Positions 36,747-50,300 of a DNA stretch of 64,000 bases are shown here, piece by piece (positions within the stretch are counted from its first letter, which is position 1; every line of letters starts with the position of its first letter). The notes beneath the pieces are model-generated. The model did not search any database. It had not been told where the DNA came from and saw nothing but the letters and a program-made list of their open reading frames with translations. This DNA is from Selaginella moellendorffii (taxonomy: Eukaryota > Plantae > Lycopodiophyta), in assembly GCF_000143415.4 (NCBI RefSeq), contig NW_003314357.1, positions 319,811 through 383,810 on the forward strand, given 5' to 3'. Made by a program: the position numbers and the translations under genes.

Positions 36747-37538
36747 TATAGCGCATGTAATCATAAGATGAGATTTAGATATACTGTCACCGTGGATCCT
36801 TGGAACCTTGGGAGATAAATAGGGATAAAATAGCCACTAAGGGCTCTCTCATCAAGCAATTGCCCCTTTTCCAATTGGCTTAAGGGGAGAGAGATAAGGT
36901 GTGCTATAGTTGGTATTAAAGCAAATGGCATGGGTTTGATTCTCATTGATTAGTGGCTACTTAAAAATATAATATACCCTTGAGCAAGGTATATTCCTAC
37001 CCCTAAATTGAAATCATACATATTGGGCACCATTTGTATGTCCTTCCTCTTGTGTGGAGTATCCAAGGATGAAGGTATTCACTGTAGAATTGTGGTACAA
37101 GTGGATGACTAGTTGCCTCATATAGAATAGCTAATCTACACAATGGAAGGATTAGTAGATTTAGTGTGGAAATGGAGGTGCTGGTTCCCCTTAGCTCGGT
37201 AGGGGTTATTAGTCAATAATCAATGAGGACATTGACATTTTTGAAAGTGTTAGTTTACACAATAGAAGGATTGGTAGATTCAGTGTGAAAATGGAGGTGT
37301 TAATTCCTCTTAGCTCGGTAGGGGTTATTAGTCAATAGTCAATAAAAACATTGACATTTCTGAAAGGAGGGGTGAATGTAGCGCATGTGATCATGGGATG
37401 AGATTTGGATATACTGTCATCATGGATCTTTGGAATCTTAAGGGATAAATGGGGATAAAATAGCCACTAAAGGCTCTCCCATCAAGCAATTGCCCCTTTT
37501 CCAGTTGGTTTAAGGGGAGAGAGATAGGATGTGCTACA
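36747..37538 (+). mobile_element. TRIM family B, copy 2
   Basis: LTRs 36747-36908 and 37377-37538, PBS TGGTATTAAAGC, PPT, TSD GAAAT/AAAAT; internal duplication of roughly 120 bp. Confidence 0.9.
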
Positions 37539-38895
37539 AAAATGAAGAGTTGCACAAATAATGGGGTTCTTACGTGAATAAGTCAGTGACCCTTTCATCT
37601 TTCTTTTAAAAGTACTATCAAGAGGTTCACTCAACACAAATTTATCTAATATTTACTTTTCAAACTCGTTTTAATAATAAGAGATTACTTATATTCTCTC
37701 CATGTTAGCTGATATGGGCTTGAGTTTTTCTTCTATTGCCTAGTTTGTTGTCACACATTATTAATTACAGTTGCATCATATGGTAGCACTAGTCTTCATT
37801 CTTTATGGCATACGTAGGCAAGATGAGGTGGACATAGTTGTCCGTATGGGTAACCTTGACCTTTAACTACTGCAAATGGTGTTGAATTAAGCTTTCGACC
37901 TTATAGTTGCAATGCAATTATACTAAATGTCACTTTAAGGCTTCTCCCCTTTTTGTATTATACTCCTTTATATTTCTTCCATTCTTTTCATTTTTGTTAT
38001 ACTTCCTCCCTCTACTTTTACTTTTATTTCCATTACTTCTTATTATGTTTCCTTTTTGCTTTTATATTCCCTTTTATGATCTTTCAAATAATTTTATGTT
38101 GCAGTGGTTGATTAGCTCAAGAAGTAGTATATTGATAATTTTGACTTTGATAAATCATATAGGGCCAAGATTGCAATATGTCATCCTATTCCAATTGGGG
38201 ATGTTTGTCCAATCAAACTTTTTGTGTGGCATTGGTCATCAAAGGAGATGACAATTTTACGTGCAGATGTCAAAAAAATGTTGAAGGGTGTTATTTGAAA
38301 ATCTCAAAATCCTTAGGCTTATGAACCTCAACTTGTGATGACTTTTGATAGGAGCAATCAATTTAGCTTTTAATAATTATCTGTTAAACAAGGTGATTAA
38401 TATTTTTAAATCATTTAAAGAGAAGTTATTTGTTCATCAAATTAAATTTTACTCTTTGGTATTGACAAGTGTTAATGGCCAAGAAAGATGTTCCCAAGAT
38501 TGCTTTTTGTACACCATTTAATTTTTACAAGTTTTTAGTGATCCTGTTCGATTTGAATAATGCTTTAGTGATTTTTCAATAGATAATAGACAAAGTTATT
38601 TTTTATATGCTGTTGGTAACTACTAATTTCATTGATAATGTCTTGATCCATTCAAAGAGGATATGAGAGGAGCATGCTTGTGATATTCACAAAGTATTGG
38701 ATTGGTAACAGGAAGTTGGTTTGAAACTGAAAACCTCAAAATGCGTGTTTGGATCCAAAGATACAACTTATCTTAGGTATTGTATTTTTTATGAAGGTTT
38801 GCAAGTTGGTCTCAACAAACTTGTAACTATTCTAAAGTTCCTTACTCTAAAGTGTGTGAATGATGTATAGTGCTTTCTAGGCAAGGCATAATATC

Positions 38896-39750
38896 TGTAA
38901 GCTCATGAGTTTGGACTTTCTGGGAGGTCACCCAACACAATACTATTCAAACCCAAATATCTATAAGCTCCTAGTTTGCAAACTGGACCAGCCAGATGTC
39001 AATCAATATGTGGTGTGATTCCCCTAGCCAACCAACATCTCGGACCCGACTTCGGACTCGGTCTCGGACTCAATCTCGGACTCGATCTCAGACCCGTTCT
39101 CGGACTCGACTTCAGACTCGACCTCGGACTCGGTCTCGGACCCGATTTGGATCTCGGACTCCGTCTCGAACTCGGTCTCGAACTCGGTCTCAATTTCGGT
39201 CTCCGATTCGGCCTCGGCTTGATCCCTTCACGTCTTCGGACTCGACCTCGGACTCGGTCTCGGACCCGATTTGGATCTCGGACTCCGTCTCGAACTCGGT
39301 CTCGAACTCGGTCTCAATCTCGGTCTCCAATTCGGCCTCGGCTTGATCCCTTCACGTGGCACCCTTCCGGCTCCACTTTGGGTCCTAGGGATTTTGTGTC
39401 TCACATGTGCTTGGGAGGGGGTGCGAACACCCCATTGCCCCAAAACACACACAAAAGCGAGAGGCTAGCCCGAGCTGTGGCACACCACACATGGTTGGTT
39501 GTCCGAGTCTCCTGGTTCTGCCAAAGAGTCAGACTCGAGACCCCTCTGATACCAAATGTAAGCTCCTGAGTCTGGACTTTCCAGGAGGTCACCTAGCCCA
39601 GTACTATTCAAACCCAAGGACGCTTAACTCCAAATATCCCAAGACCCTTAACTGATTAGAAAAGGGGGTGCACTCTTATTCATGAGCCTTTTCCCTCTAT
39701 ATTTGAACCTCATAGATCATCTCTCAAGTCGTTCTCTTTGGTTGCTTACA
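38896..39750 (-). mobile_element. Cassandra-like TRIM with 5S rRNA-derived LTR
   Basis: 194-bp LTR 39557-39750 with TGTAAGC...GCTTACA termini and 5S A/C boxes at 39629-39574; PBS TGGTATCAGAG; truncated second LTR from 38896; TSD ATATC/ATATT; inserted within an RT remnant. Confidence 0.85.
39038..39357 (+). repeat. CTCGGA/CTCGGT-type hexamer satellite with a 124-bp higher-order duplication
   Basis: Hexamer periodicity is visible; unit 39110-39233 repeats at 39234-39357. Confidence 0.9.
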
Positions 39751-41461
39751 ATATTTTAGTCAATTTGTAAGGATTGTGAATAAGCATTTATAGATCTTGA
39801 AGAGCTATTGATGACTCTTCCAATTTTGATATATCTTAACTATACTCAAGCTTTCATTTTGCATATGAATGTTTTTGATATTGGTCTCAGGGTGTGTGTT
39901 AATGCAAGAAAGCATAAATGTGCATAGTCAACATCATCATATTGTATATATCAACCTTACATTGCACTAGCAAAAATGAATTACTCCATGACAGAGGAGT
40001 GTCTAACAACAGTTTGGGATTCAAGAAGTTTAATATATATTTATATAGTTCTTGAACATTACTAAAAGGTGACCATGCTACAGTTATTTCATTGTTGAAG
40101 CAAAATAGTTTAATTAGTCATATTGTTCAATGGGCTCTAAAACTTTAGATATATAATTATAAAGTTGTTTATTGCTCAAAGCGTTCTATGGCTAAAATAA
40201 TGCTCTGTCTCGAACTCTTTTCCCTTCTTCACTCACTTTTTTTGTTCTTGATAAGCATGTTGTATTAGCATTAAAGGATTTTTTGGACAAGGATTCCATG
40301 TCATTGATAGTTGCTATACTTGATATTTAGTGTCCATAAGATGCACTAGAAGGTATATGACACAGTTTTTATATTAGTTTTATTATTTTTACTCATGTTT
40401 AAAATTGATATTATTTGTAGTTAAAAAAATATGAAACTGATATATATTTTATATAACAGTTTTACTTCATGGTTTTTTAAGTAGTTTGGTACATAGTTTA
40501 CATAACATTCTTATGACAATTTAATTTACTTATTTCATATATTATTTAATATATGTAAACAATAATATACGGTTTATATATTCATAAATAATAATAATAT
40601 ATGGTTTATATAATAGTTTATATAAAAGTTTAGTTTAAGTTATAATTATAGATTGAAACAGTTGCAGCATCAAGATCCATCTAGAACCACTATGCTGCCA
40701 CCTTTAGTCCTAGTGCTTAGAGGTACTAGCCATCGATAAAAAGAAAGAAGACTCGAGAGAGAGTGAAAAAAGAATGATTCAACAAGTAATAAGAACCTTT
40801 TACTCTCGTGAGTATATAGCCTTTTTCTTAACCTCTTTAAGCTATCTAGATTGAAAGGCCTCTGGAAAAAAGAGAAAAGTAAGAAGAATTTGAGTTTGAT
40901 AGATCAATAGAGAAGATATAAAATATAGCTAAACTTACTAAGAGTTATATTGCAACTACCAAAGAAACTCTCCATTGATGTAAAGCTGTGGAAAAGTGGG
41001 CTAGTTGGAGTAGGCTTTGAGGCTCTAGTAGAGGGCATTGTCCTCACAATCTCATACAAAATGCCTAGGCTATCTGTTTGACAGTATTGGAGAAGCCATA
41101 CTATGGGAAGAGCTCCATGCCTTCATGAAGAGCATGACCTTGTGCCCTTCACAAATTTCTCCATTGATTCCCACAGCTCAAGCATTAATGCTCTAGCAAT
41201 CTAGGAAATCTAGAAAGAAGGCATGCATGGGCTCAATTGACTTATATGCTCTACAAATTAAGGCTCTCCTTATTCTTTTAATTGCGAATTGGTGGCACAA
41301 TATAGTGATGCATGGCACTTGTAAGGATTTCTTGAGAAAGATGGTGATTACTACATTTGATCTATTGGCTGTGGCCTTGAAAGGAGCATTGTAGTGTTGA
41401 GGCCACTTGTCTTCTGCACAAAGAAAGGAATTTAAGATGTTTGTTGAAAGCGATGGTTAAT

Positions 41462-42020
41462 TTACAGTGCACCTAACTCTTTCCATTTAAACCAACTAAA
41501 AGAGGGGCGATTACTTTATGAGAGAGCCCTTAATGATTATTTTATCCCCATATATCCCTCAAGGCTCTAAAGATCCACTATCCAAATTTCATCTTATGAT
41601 CATATACATTACACTTGTCCCCCCTTTAGAGATATCAATGTTTTTATTGACTATTGGCTAATAACCTTTATTAAGTTAAGGGGAACCAACACCTCCATTT
41701 CTGCATTGAATCTATTAATCTTTCCATTGTGTAGACTAACTATTCTATACCTAATATATACTATTTCAAATTTAGGTGTACGAATATACCTTATTGAAGG
41801 GTACTTTATATTTTAAGTAGGCACTAATCAATAAGAATCGAATATGTGCCATTTGCTTTGATACTATATATAGCATATTTTATTTCTCTCCTCTTCAGCT
41901 AATTGGAAAAGGGGCAATTACCTAATAAAAGAGCCTTTAGTGGTTATTTTATCCCTATTTATCCTCTAAGGTTCCAATGATAATATATTTAAATTTCATC
42001 CCATAATTATATATACAACA
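41462..42020 (-). mobile_element. TRIM family B, copy 3, degenerate and internally deleted
   Basis: Reverse complement of copies 1 and 2 with two LTRs, PBS remnant GCTTTGATACTA and PPT; approximate TSD TTAAT/CTAAT. Confidence 0.8.
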
Positions 42021-44329
42021 CTAATCTCTCTCAAAACCACAAGAAACCCAAATATGCAATTGCTCCTAGTCACTGCTATAGTGTTTAACTATCTATGTTT
42101 GACCTTGCTTTGCTATTATAGAGTAGCTAAGCTAGAGTTGCTATGGTCAAGAAAGCCACTAGAATGGAACCTAGTTGAGAAGGCCACTTGGAACTTGGCC
42201 ACTAGAACGGAACCTTAGTGCATTTGGCCACAACTTAGAGAGCACAAAGTGAGCAAGGTTGGAAAAGGGCAACACTATAGAGAGCATAAATTTTATTATT
42301 TGTATATCTAGTTTTCATATCTAATATTTTTACCTCCTCCTGATAGTGTAGAGGAAGATTTACTTTTTCTTGATGAGGTTTGTGAGGTTTAAAAAGTTGA
42401 GCCATAAATCTAAAGACTTCATAATGGGTTTAAGAAATTTTGCATCACTTATTAATAACTTGTTGTTTTAACATTTACATTTTATCATAATATCATCTTG
42501 AGGTCACATCAAAGAATCATTTCTAAGATTGAAAGATAAATTCCTACAACAGAATGCCAGTGTGTAAGTGTGCCTACATTCCCTAGCACTATAATATGAT
42601 CTATATTTTCCTCTAGTCTATTTCCCTAAAAAGTTAGCAAAAGTGTAAAAAAGAATATATATATATGTAGTAGAGTAGGTTTTCATTAGAATGATAGAGC
42701 ACAAATTCACAAATTTGACTATTATCAATATCATAATAAATACACCTCATTCCCAAGACTAAAACTTAATATATAAACTACCAAGAAAAGTTATAGTTTT
42801 TTTTTTGTTGTTTTTGAGCTTCTTAGAAAATTGAAAAGTTTATATAGAAATGGCTCAATGGAAAGTCATTGCTACTTGTACTTGGACCCCAACATTTTAT
42901 TTCAATCTCCAACTTTATCCCCAAGTTCTATTAACATTCCATCTTCACCTCCACATAGCAATCCCTTTTTTGCTAGGGCTTTAGTGAAATTGAATTAGAA
43001 CTCAGATTGCATCCAGCACTTCAAGAGCAATGCCATATGTTTTTGTAAGATTTTACTTTTGATATGGGAAGATTGCTTGAAAGCATAAAATGCTATAAAA
43101 TTTAGTGTCTAATATGCTACATTTTTTGGACAAGACAAATGGCTCCATGGGTCTACAAATTTTTCTTGAGCATTATAGCAATTGCCTAACGGAAAATATG
43201 CAAATATGATAAATTCAAGATAAGTTAAAAACACATACCCACTATTATTTCATGGTGAGGAATAACATCCCCTTAGGAAATGTTGCATCATCTAGTGCAG
43301 AATATAAAATTTTTAGACCACCTTATAGTGGAATATAAAATCTAGAATTGCTTTATTATACTATAATATTATCCCTTTTAAAAGGAAAAACATGTATAAT
43401 AAAATGATATTATTAGGTAGGATACCCTGTTCTAGAGTGAAATATTCATAATATATTCCTATCTATACTGACAATTTATCTACATTATAAAACAATTGCA
43501 ACAAATAAAGTATTAAAAGTATAGTGTTTAGTTTAGGAATTGCTTGAAAGAAGAAAATATGTAGGCTCTCTTGCTAGCCTTTAAATCTACTCAACAGTCA
43601 TCCTTCAAATTCTAATTCTTCCATTGCCACTATTAAGGTTGAATCATCCTCTTATTCTTGATCTCCAAATTTATCATATTCTAGATGAGGACAAAGTAAA
43701 TAATAGAGAGTTTTCTCAAGTTAAAGATTTCTATATATGATTTTTAGAAGAGTTTGTTTTTTATTTAGTAGGAACTAGTGAATATATTGAGAGTTTGATT
43801 CTATAGAGAAGATTCATTTTACATTTGTTGAGTATAGTTTTTGCATAGCTGGGGAGATCAATCCAAAGTTGCCAACTCTAGAAACTCTAGTGACTATGTG
43901 TGAAGCACAAATCCCTATGCCCCAAAGTGGAGCTGAATGTGTGCTATATAGTAGTGGTTGAAGTGGAAGTTTAACGAGTATAACACATTTGGACCAAAAG
44001 TTTTGACTCAAAAAGTTGAGAGTGGGAGTGAAATTCCAAATGAAGTGCTTGAGGAATGAGCACGAAGTAATTGATAAATGAATATTTAGAAAGGGACACA
44101 AGAATGATTGATATTTGGCAAGTATTGTGACATATGAAAGTGTCGAGACCAAATCCGAGATAGAGTCCGAGATGGAGTCAAAGAGAGTTTAAGGAGTCTG
44201 AAATGGAGTCCAAAATAGAGTTTGAGAAGGAGTCTAAGATGGAGTCCGAGATGGAGTCCAAAATAAAGTTCAAAAGGAGTTTAAGATGGAGTTCGAGATG
44301 GAAACCGAGTCCAACATTGAGACTGAGAC

Positions 44330-47300
44330 TGTCGCGAATGTGACTTCAGGTATCGAAAGTTACCTATTGACCAGTCCTTACGGACACTCTTTCCTTACTG
44401 CCATGATGGCAGGAGGTCAGTATTGCTGGACCTGTTATCAGTCTCCGCTTGAGCTAGTTGAGAAACTGGTCATCACATGTGCACTTAGACCGGAAGGGCA
44501 CTAAGGAAGGAAATCCTAAGTTGTCATTTGTCAAGCAGATTTGACACGGTGATGAGAAACTCATGATGTTGACTTGCACTTGCTAGTGTTGGGAACCCCT
44601 ACGATATTGAGCTTGGTCCCTCAATATCGCTAAATGATAGCTTACCGTGTCTGCCAAACACCCTCGCTATCATGCCCTTTGTGTTGGTCTCATTTTGGTC
44701 CCAAATGCTATTTATGGAAAGTGTCCAGATTTGCTCATTTGGCATATCTACGAACACAATAGTGTTCGTCCCGTGTCCAAATTCACAATCTAGGGACATT
44801 CCATATTTAGTAAGTTTCAAGCTTGTCCCAGATACTAACTCTTGATACTAAGGGAAGCTTGGGGTGAAAGCCCAAAGCGTGTGTTCCTCGGGGGGGGGGG
44901 GGGGTGGTGGTTATGGGGGGTTCCAAATGTATAGTAGGGATAGTGGGTAGGTCGGGCATGGCTAACCAACCTGAGGCATAATCTAGCTCCCGCTTGCGTA
45001 CCTATCCTTGTTCTGCGTCCGGCTTGGGTCTAAACCCAAGTTCCATTCTATGCTAGCTGGTGGAGTACCCATGTCCTCACGTTAGGCCACCAGTATGCCG
45101 AAATAGCGCCAGACTCTATTTGGCTCCGTTTTGCATGCTGGTCCTGGCATTAAGATGCTGGTTGCTCCAGGACTGTTCCAAGTCGCTCCGGGCTCCTGTC
45201 CCTTCGCTCCTTAGGCTATATGCTCGGGAGTTGCTCCGTGGTTCGGTTCCGTCACTCCTTGGCTCCAAGCTTGGGAGTTTGGCACTGTTCCTTCGTTTAG
45301 TGGCCCAAGGCCCTGAACCTTAGGTTCCACACCACTGTCCTTTGGACATGTGGCATGTGACATGTGGCATCTGTCATGTGGCACAAAGAGGGTTTAGGTT
45401 CCGCTTTGTGGTGTTATTCTATGGTAAATCACCATAGGATAAAGGGTCAAAACCACATGCGCTACATTTGGTATCAGAGGATGAGTCTCAGCAATACTAT
45501 CCAATGAGATTGGGCAACTAGTCTCGTTGCATACGCAGAGATGAAAACGATGATCCGAGTGGGTACACGTTTGGGTGCAAAGGCTTCGCATTTGTTCCTT
45601 GGGTATGGATTTGGTTACCGTTTTGTTCCAAATTATGTGAGTTGTTCCGTTTACACGAGTTTGCACTTGGGCTCGTGAGTGAGGCACATTAGCAACTCGA
45701 GTTTACACTTTGAGTTGGTAGGATTATTGTTAGCCTATCAGTGGTTCCATGAATTGTTCCATGTACCATGAGTGAAAGTAAACCTTTCCTAGGTTTGCTA
45801 TGAGTGGCAAATACGCTAGACCATAGCTGTTTAACATGGCACTAGTGGATCCTTCCTAGGCATGATTACAAATGGATCAATAAAGACTATAGGGATTATC
45901 TATTGGTTTAAGTAGTTATTGCTGTGCTCTCTCATAAACTTTTCTTGGATTGGACTGAAGGTAGTGCAAAAGCAAACTTGAGGTTTAGTCAAAGATGAGA
46001 TCGAAAAGAGAGTCGTCAGGGACAAAGGATGAAACACGTAAATCATTTTCTCTTCTTGGAGAGATAATTTGTAACGAGGTGTAACTCATTGCTCGTGTTC
46101 ACATCATGCAATCAAGAATCTCTATCTTGATGCATGTTGGAAATGATGGTCTTACAAGTGGTGAGTTATGGGATGGATAGTGGTGAAGCGCTATACCATT
46201 TTGTCTAGGCTTGCTATTAGAAGACTTGGGTTACAATGCTCAATTCTTTCCGGGGAACTTTGCTATTGCTCCTTGAGTAGCTTGGTGTTGGATTAGTTTT
46301 GAGTTTGGTCGGAAAGACAGTGGCATGAGCTTATCTATGTTGTGAACAAAAGTTAGTGGTTTTCGGTGTTGTAACCTCTATTGGTGGAGTGTGGCATTTA
46401 TGTTGCATTTTGTCGAATTGAGTTGGCACTTGATGGTCACATAAACTTTTGAAGTAATGATATGGGCATTGCTCATAGTGTTGCTCAATTGATGATCAAG
46501 TCATTGTGATTTCTATTTCATATCCATATGATAATGAGCAATGTGTTTACGAAGTTGCTTGGGTAAATGATGATCAACCCCAAAGTGGTTGATGGTGAAG
46601 CTAGTCTACTTGCACAAAGTAGCATTGTAGTAGCTTTGATTGGATTCTTGATGATGATCCATGGTGTTAAGCTTAAGTTGGTTCCTTGTTCCTAAGAGGT
46701 TTGCCCATAAGGTGTTGGAAAAAGGGTTGTAGCATTCATTTGCTATAGCTCATTGGTTAATCTGTTAGCACTTGGAGTAGATTGTTGGATGGAGAAAATG
46801 TGTAGTTGGGGCATTGACATTACTAACACTTGTGTTAGTGGAAGTGGCATTGTTGATTTGAGTGATGAGGAATTTTCCTTAGAGCCTGATTTTCCATGTC
46901 ATTTTTCTTGTTAGTGTTTTGGCTTCATATTGGATCTTGAAGATGGTTGAAGAAGAGTGTTAGTGCAATATGGATATCTGGAGATGTGGTCTTCGTGATC
47001 AAGCCTTAGATGTTCATTTTGCACTTTGCGGATGTCGGTGTTAAATTTAGAAGATGGGCAAAGATGTTCGATGCTTAAGCATATTGATGGATCATGAGAA
47101 TTTGTGTTGAGGTGAACCTATGTGAAGTTGTTAGTAGGAGGAAGTTGGTTGAGTCTTGAAAGTTTGTAATCCTGGACTGAGAGTCATTCTTTCTCTAGTA
47201 TGGAAAATTTTCCACAAATTTTCTTAGGCTTTTCCAATGGCTGATCTGTCGGTCACTTTGCTCGAAAATCATTTCATTTCGTAAGCCAGTACAAACTAGT

Positions 47301-50300
47301 GAAAGGGTTGGAGTTGACTTCGGTTAGCTTAAACCTTAGTATGTAGTTTGGCTCATGTGACCCGAAAGAGATGCTGNNNNNNNNNNNNNNNNNNNNNNNN
47401 NNNNNNNNNNNNNNNNNNNNNNNNNNNNNNNNNNNNNNNNNNNNNNNNNNNNNNNNNNNNNNNNNNNNNNNNNNNNNNNNNNNNNNNNNNNNNNNNNNNN
47501 NNNNNNNNNNNNNNNNNNNNNNNNNNNNNNNNNNNNNNNNNNNNCTCACTGATCTTGACTTGGTCTTGGTGGTCCTGCGCCTTGGCTAAGGATGATGATG
47601 TCCAACTTAGTTGTTTGAAGTTGAGATGTTGGTACCCATACTATAGCTTTGTCTATAAGGAGGTTGTGTACTGATATGAGTCTATCTCATGGTCTTCACT
47701 TTAGTTTTGACTAAGTGTTGATTACGCATAGCTAGCCTCTTCAAGGCATGCTTAGAGCTATTGGCTAAATGCATTAGTGAGCTTATTGCGGTTGAGTTGA
47801 ATTCGAGTGGTCATTTAATTTATGTTTTTCTATGAACTTTTATCTCGTACCTGGGGTATCACGTTCATGTTGGACAAGTATATAACTTGATGACAAGAGT
47901 TGGTGTTTGGGTCTTGTGAAGGCAAGTTGAGGGGTGATTGTTAGTTGCTTTGTGACTAGTGATTACTTGTAGACTTAGTCGAGGACTATTGACACTTGCT
48001 TTGCTCGATGATGATTTAGCAGTGGTGGGCTTGCTTTACCGGATGGTGTTGTGGAGGATCGTGTCATTATACTTACATGAGTTTTTCATGTTGACATGTT
48101 GACTCTACCTCTGTTGATACCATTTGGTTACATCTAGTCTGTAGTGTTGGATTTCATTGAGTCTTGGACGTGGTGAGTCACTCCTTGATGAAGTGTTATC
48201 TGTAACTGAGTTTTGCTAAAGGGTTAGTCTCAGATACTAATTAAGGTATCTTCGACCTTAGTTAGCTTGGTTGCTAAAGCGCTTTGAGTGGTGATTCACT
48301 CATGCTTTCTTCTAGCTTTGTTATGGTGTTGGTGGCATTGAAGTGATGCCTTATCGTTGATATTATTGATGTTGAGATTTGAGTGAATGCAATGTCTCTT
48401 TGAAGATTGATATTAAGTTTCATTAGTCTTGATGAAGATAGTGTTGATAATTTGGCTTCCTTGTGTTGTTGGCATTCATACATTTGCTAGTTAGCAACTG
48501 GTTGACGTTCAAAGGAACTGAGTGGCAAGTTGAATTAGTTGTGTTCTTGATGAGATTGTTTAGTAGGGGATGAGCTTTAGCTTTTCCTTGAAACATGATT
48601 TAATCGTGGACTATACTAGCCATACAAGAAAAAGAGTTAGTGATTGATATTGATAATGTTGAGTCCTTATTAGATTTGAGTTGGAATATATCAATCATTG
48701 ATGATTCTTCTTGTGCTTGTTATGAAGTGAGTTACGTTTTCTATAGATGGATTCATGCAGGATCATTTAGTGATCACTTGTTGAGCATAGTTTCGTTATG
48801 CTTAGCTTTTGGATTGATGCAGACATGCTCTTTATTAGCATTGGCATTATGAAGTTTGGCTTATGGATGTGTTGAGAAAGATATTGTGGGTTGTACCATG
48901 ATTTCTCTTTAGCATTGAAGTTAGTTTATGCGGAACTTGTGATCATTGTTAAGCAAGACTTAGGTATAGGCTTCTTTAAGCTTTTGGTTCCTTGAGTTTT
49001 TATACTCATTGTTCCATTTATTTGAAGTTGTTGGGGAAGGCATTTTGGCTCCTAGCTTCAATATTGGAGTTAATATTTGCATTTAGCAATCATTGGTGAT
49101 GCTTGACTATCATTTAGGATAGTTGATTATCCTTGTCAAAAAGTTTTGCTTGATTATTATTGGTATAGAATGATTTGCCGTTCTTCAGGATGGTGGATTC
49201 CTTCTTAGTTGATGATTTTGCATCTCTTTATTGATGGGATGATTGATGATCTTTCATGATGGTTAGTTGATCTCTTTAATGGCTTATGGCTTTTTCACAA
49301 TACCATATGTTCTTTATGGTTTGCTCTAAATTGGTCTCTTGGGTTTGAGACATTAGTAGGACATTGTTGACACTTACTTAGGAAACTTGAGTTCCTTGGT
49401 ATTGTTGACTGGGATCTATTCAGATTGGCTGGTGCAATGGTTGGCATGACTAAGTGTTTGTTGGTCTTACCACATTCATTATGTTTTGTTGATTATTGCT
49501 CGAGTTAGTTCTGATAGATTAGGATGTTATCTCCTTCAGGTGATACATTCACGAGCATTGTGCTTGTCAATCAATGATACTTTGTGTTCTTTGAGTTATC
49601 TTTGGTAAGTTGTTTAGCATACTGTCTACAATCTTCGGTAGTTAAGTTTTCTCATTGAGTTTACTTAGTGATATACTTGCTATTGAATTTTGTTGGATGA
49701 TGAATCCTTTGTTTTCCAAAGATAGTGATCTTGGTGGTTCCTATACTATAATACTAGTTTATTGGATGATAACTTACTTGGAATACTTTTGTGTTCTAAT
49801 TTAAGCTTTATTCACTGATAATTACAACTCTACGATATCATTGTCTATGACTTTGATATAGTCCATATATTGATCTTTGAGTTTGGGCCAGTCTAGGCAG
49901 ACTAGCTTCGGCACTTCGTGTGCATGGTGAAATCTCTAGTTATGGGGTAGCTAAAGTCGACTGGTCACATAACCTGCCTCTCTATCGATATTCCTTATTC
50001 TGTTCACCGTGTAAACAACTCTAACTGCCTGTTTACAGTAGTCTATCTAAACCTTACCGACGGGTTTGGTTTCTTTGCTCAGGAGGGTGTCTTCTCTCTC
50101 TATGTCCCTATCGGTAGGGCGTATCACATTTTTGAAGTTGGGTGACACCCAGAGCAGCACAGGTGGCTGACTCCATTGGTCATTTCCATTTCGGCGCGGC
50201 TGGAAGGTGTCTGAGCTAGTAGCGCATCTGCGTTAGACAAAGAGGTTGCCTCCTAACTCATTTAAGTTGGTGCATTTCTCACATAGTGTGAGTATTGTGA

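Larger units (their letters stand above)
33500..40220 (+). mobile_element. Decayed Ty3/Gypsy gag-pol acting as host for nested insertions; boundaries approximate
   Basis: RT remnants at 38490-38895 (KIAFCTP, FDLNNA, FIDNVLIHS, LKTSKCVFG, CFLG) continue after 39750 into RNase H remnants (MNYSMTE, DHA); many stops and frameshifts. Confidence 0.75.

Noticed and set aside
38976-39569. RS-rich and LG-rich ORFs resembling SR proteins
   Set aside because: They are translations of the hexamer satellite inside a TE, open in several frames, with no RRM.
39574-39629. 5S rRNA gene
   Set aside because: Only the internal promoter block matches; the 5' and 3' arms are absent and it lies inside an LTR.
40660-43330. 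Possible decayed coding or DNA-transposon remnants outside TRIM copy 3
   Set aside because: No identifiable motif, TIR or TSD.
47274-47674. ORFs spanning X runs
   Set aside because: Artefacts of the N gap.
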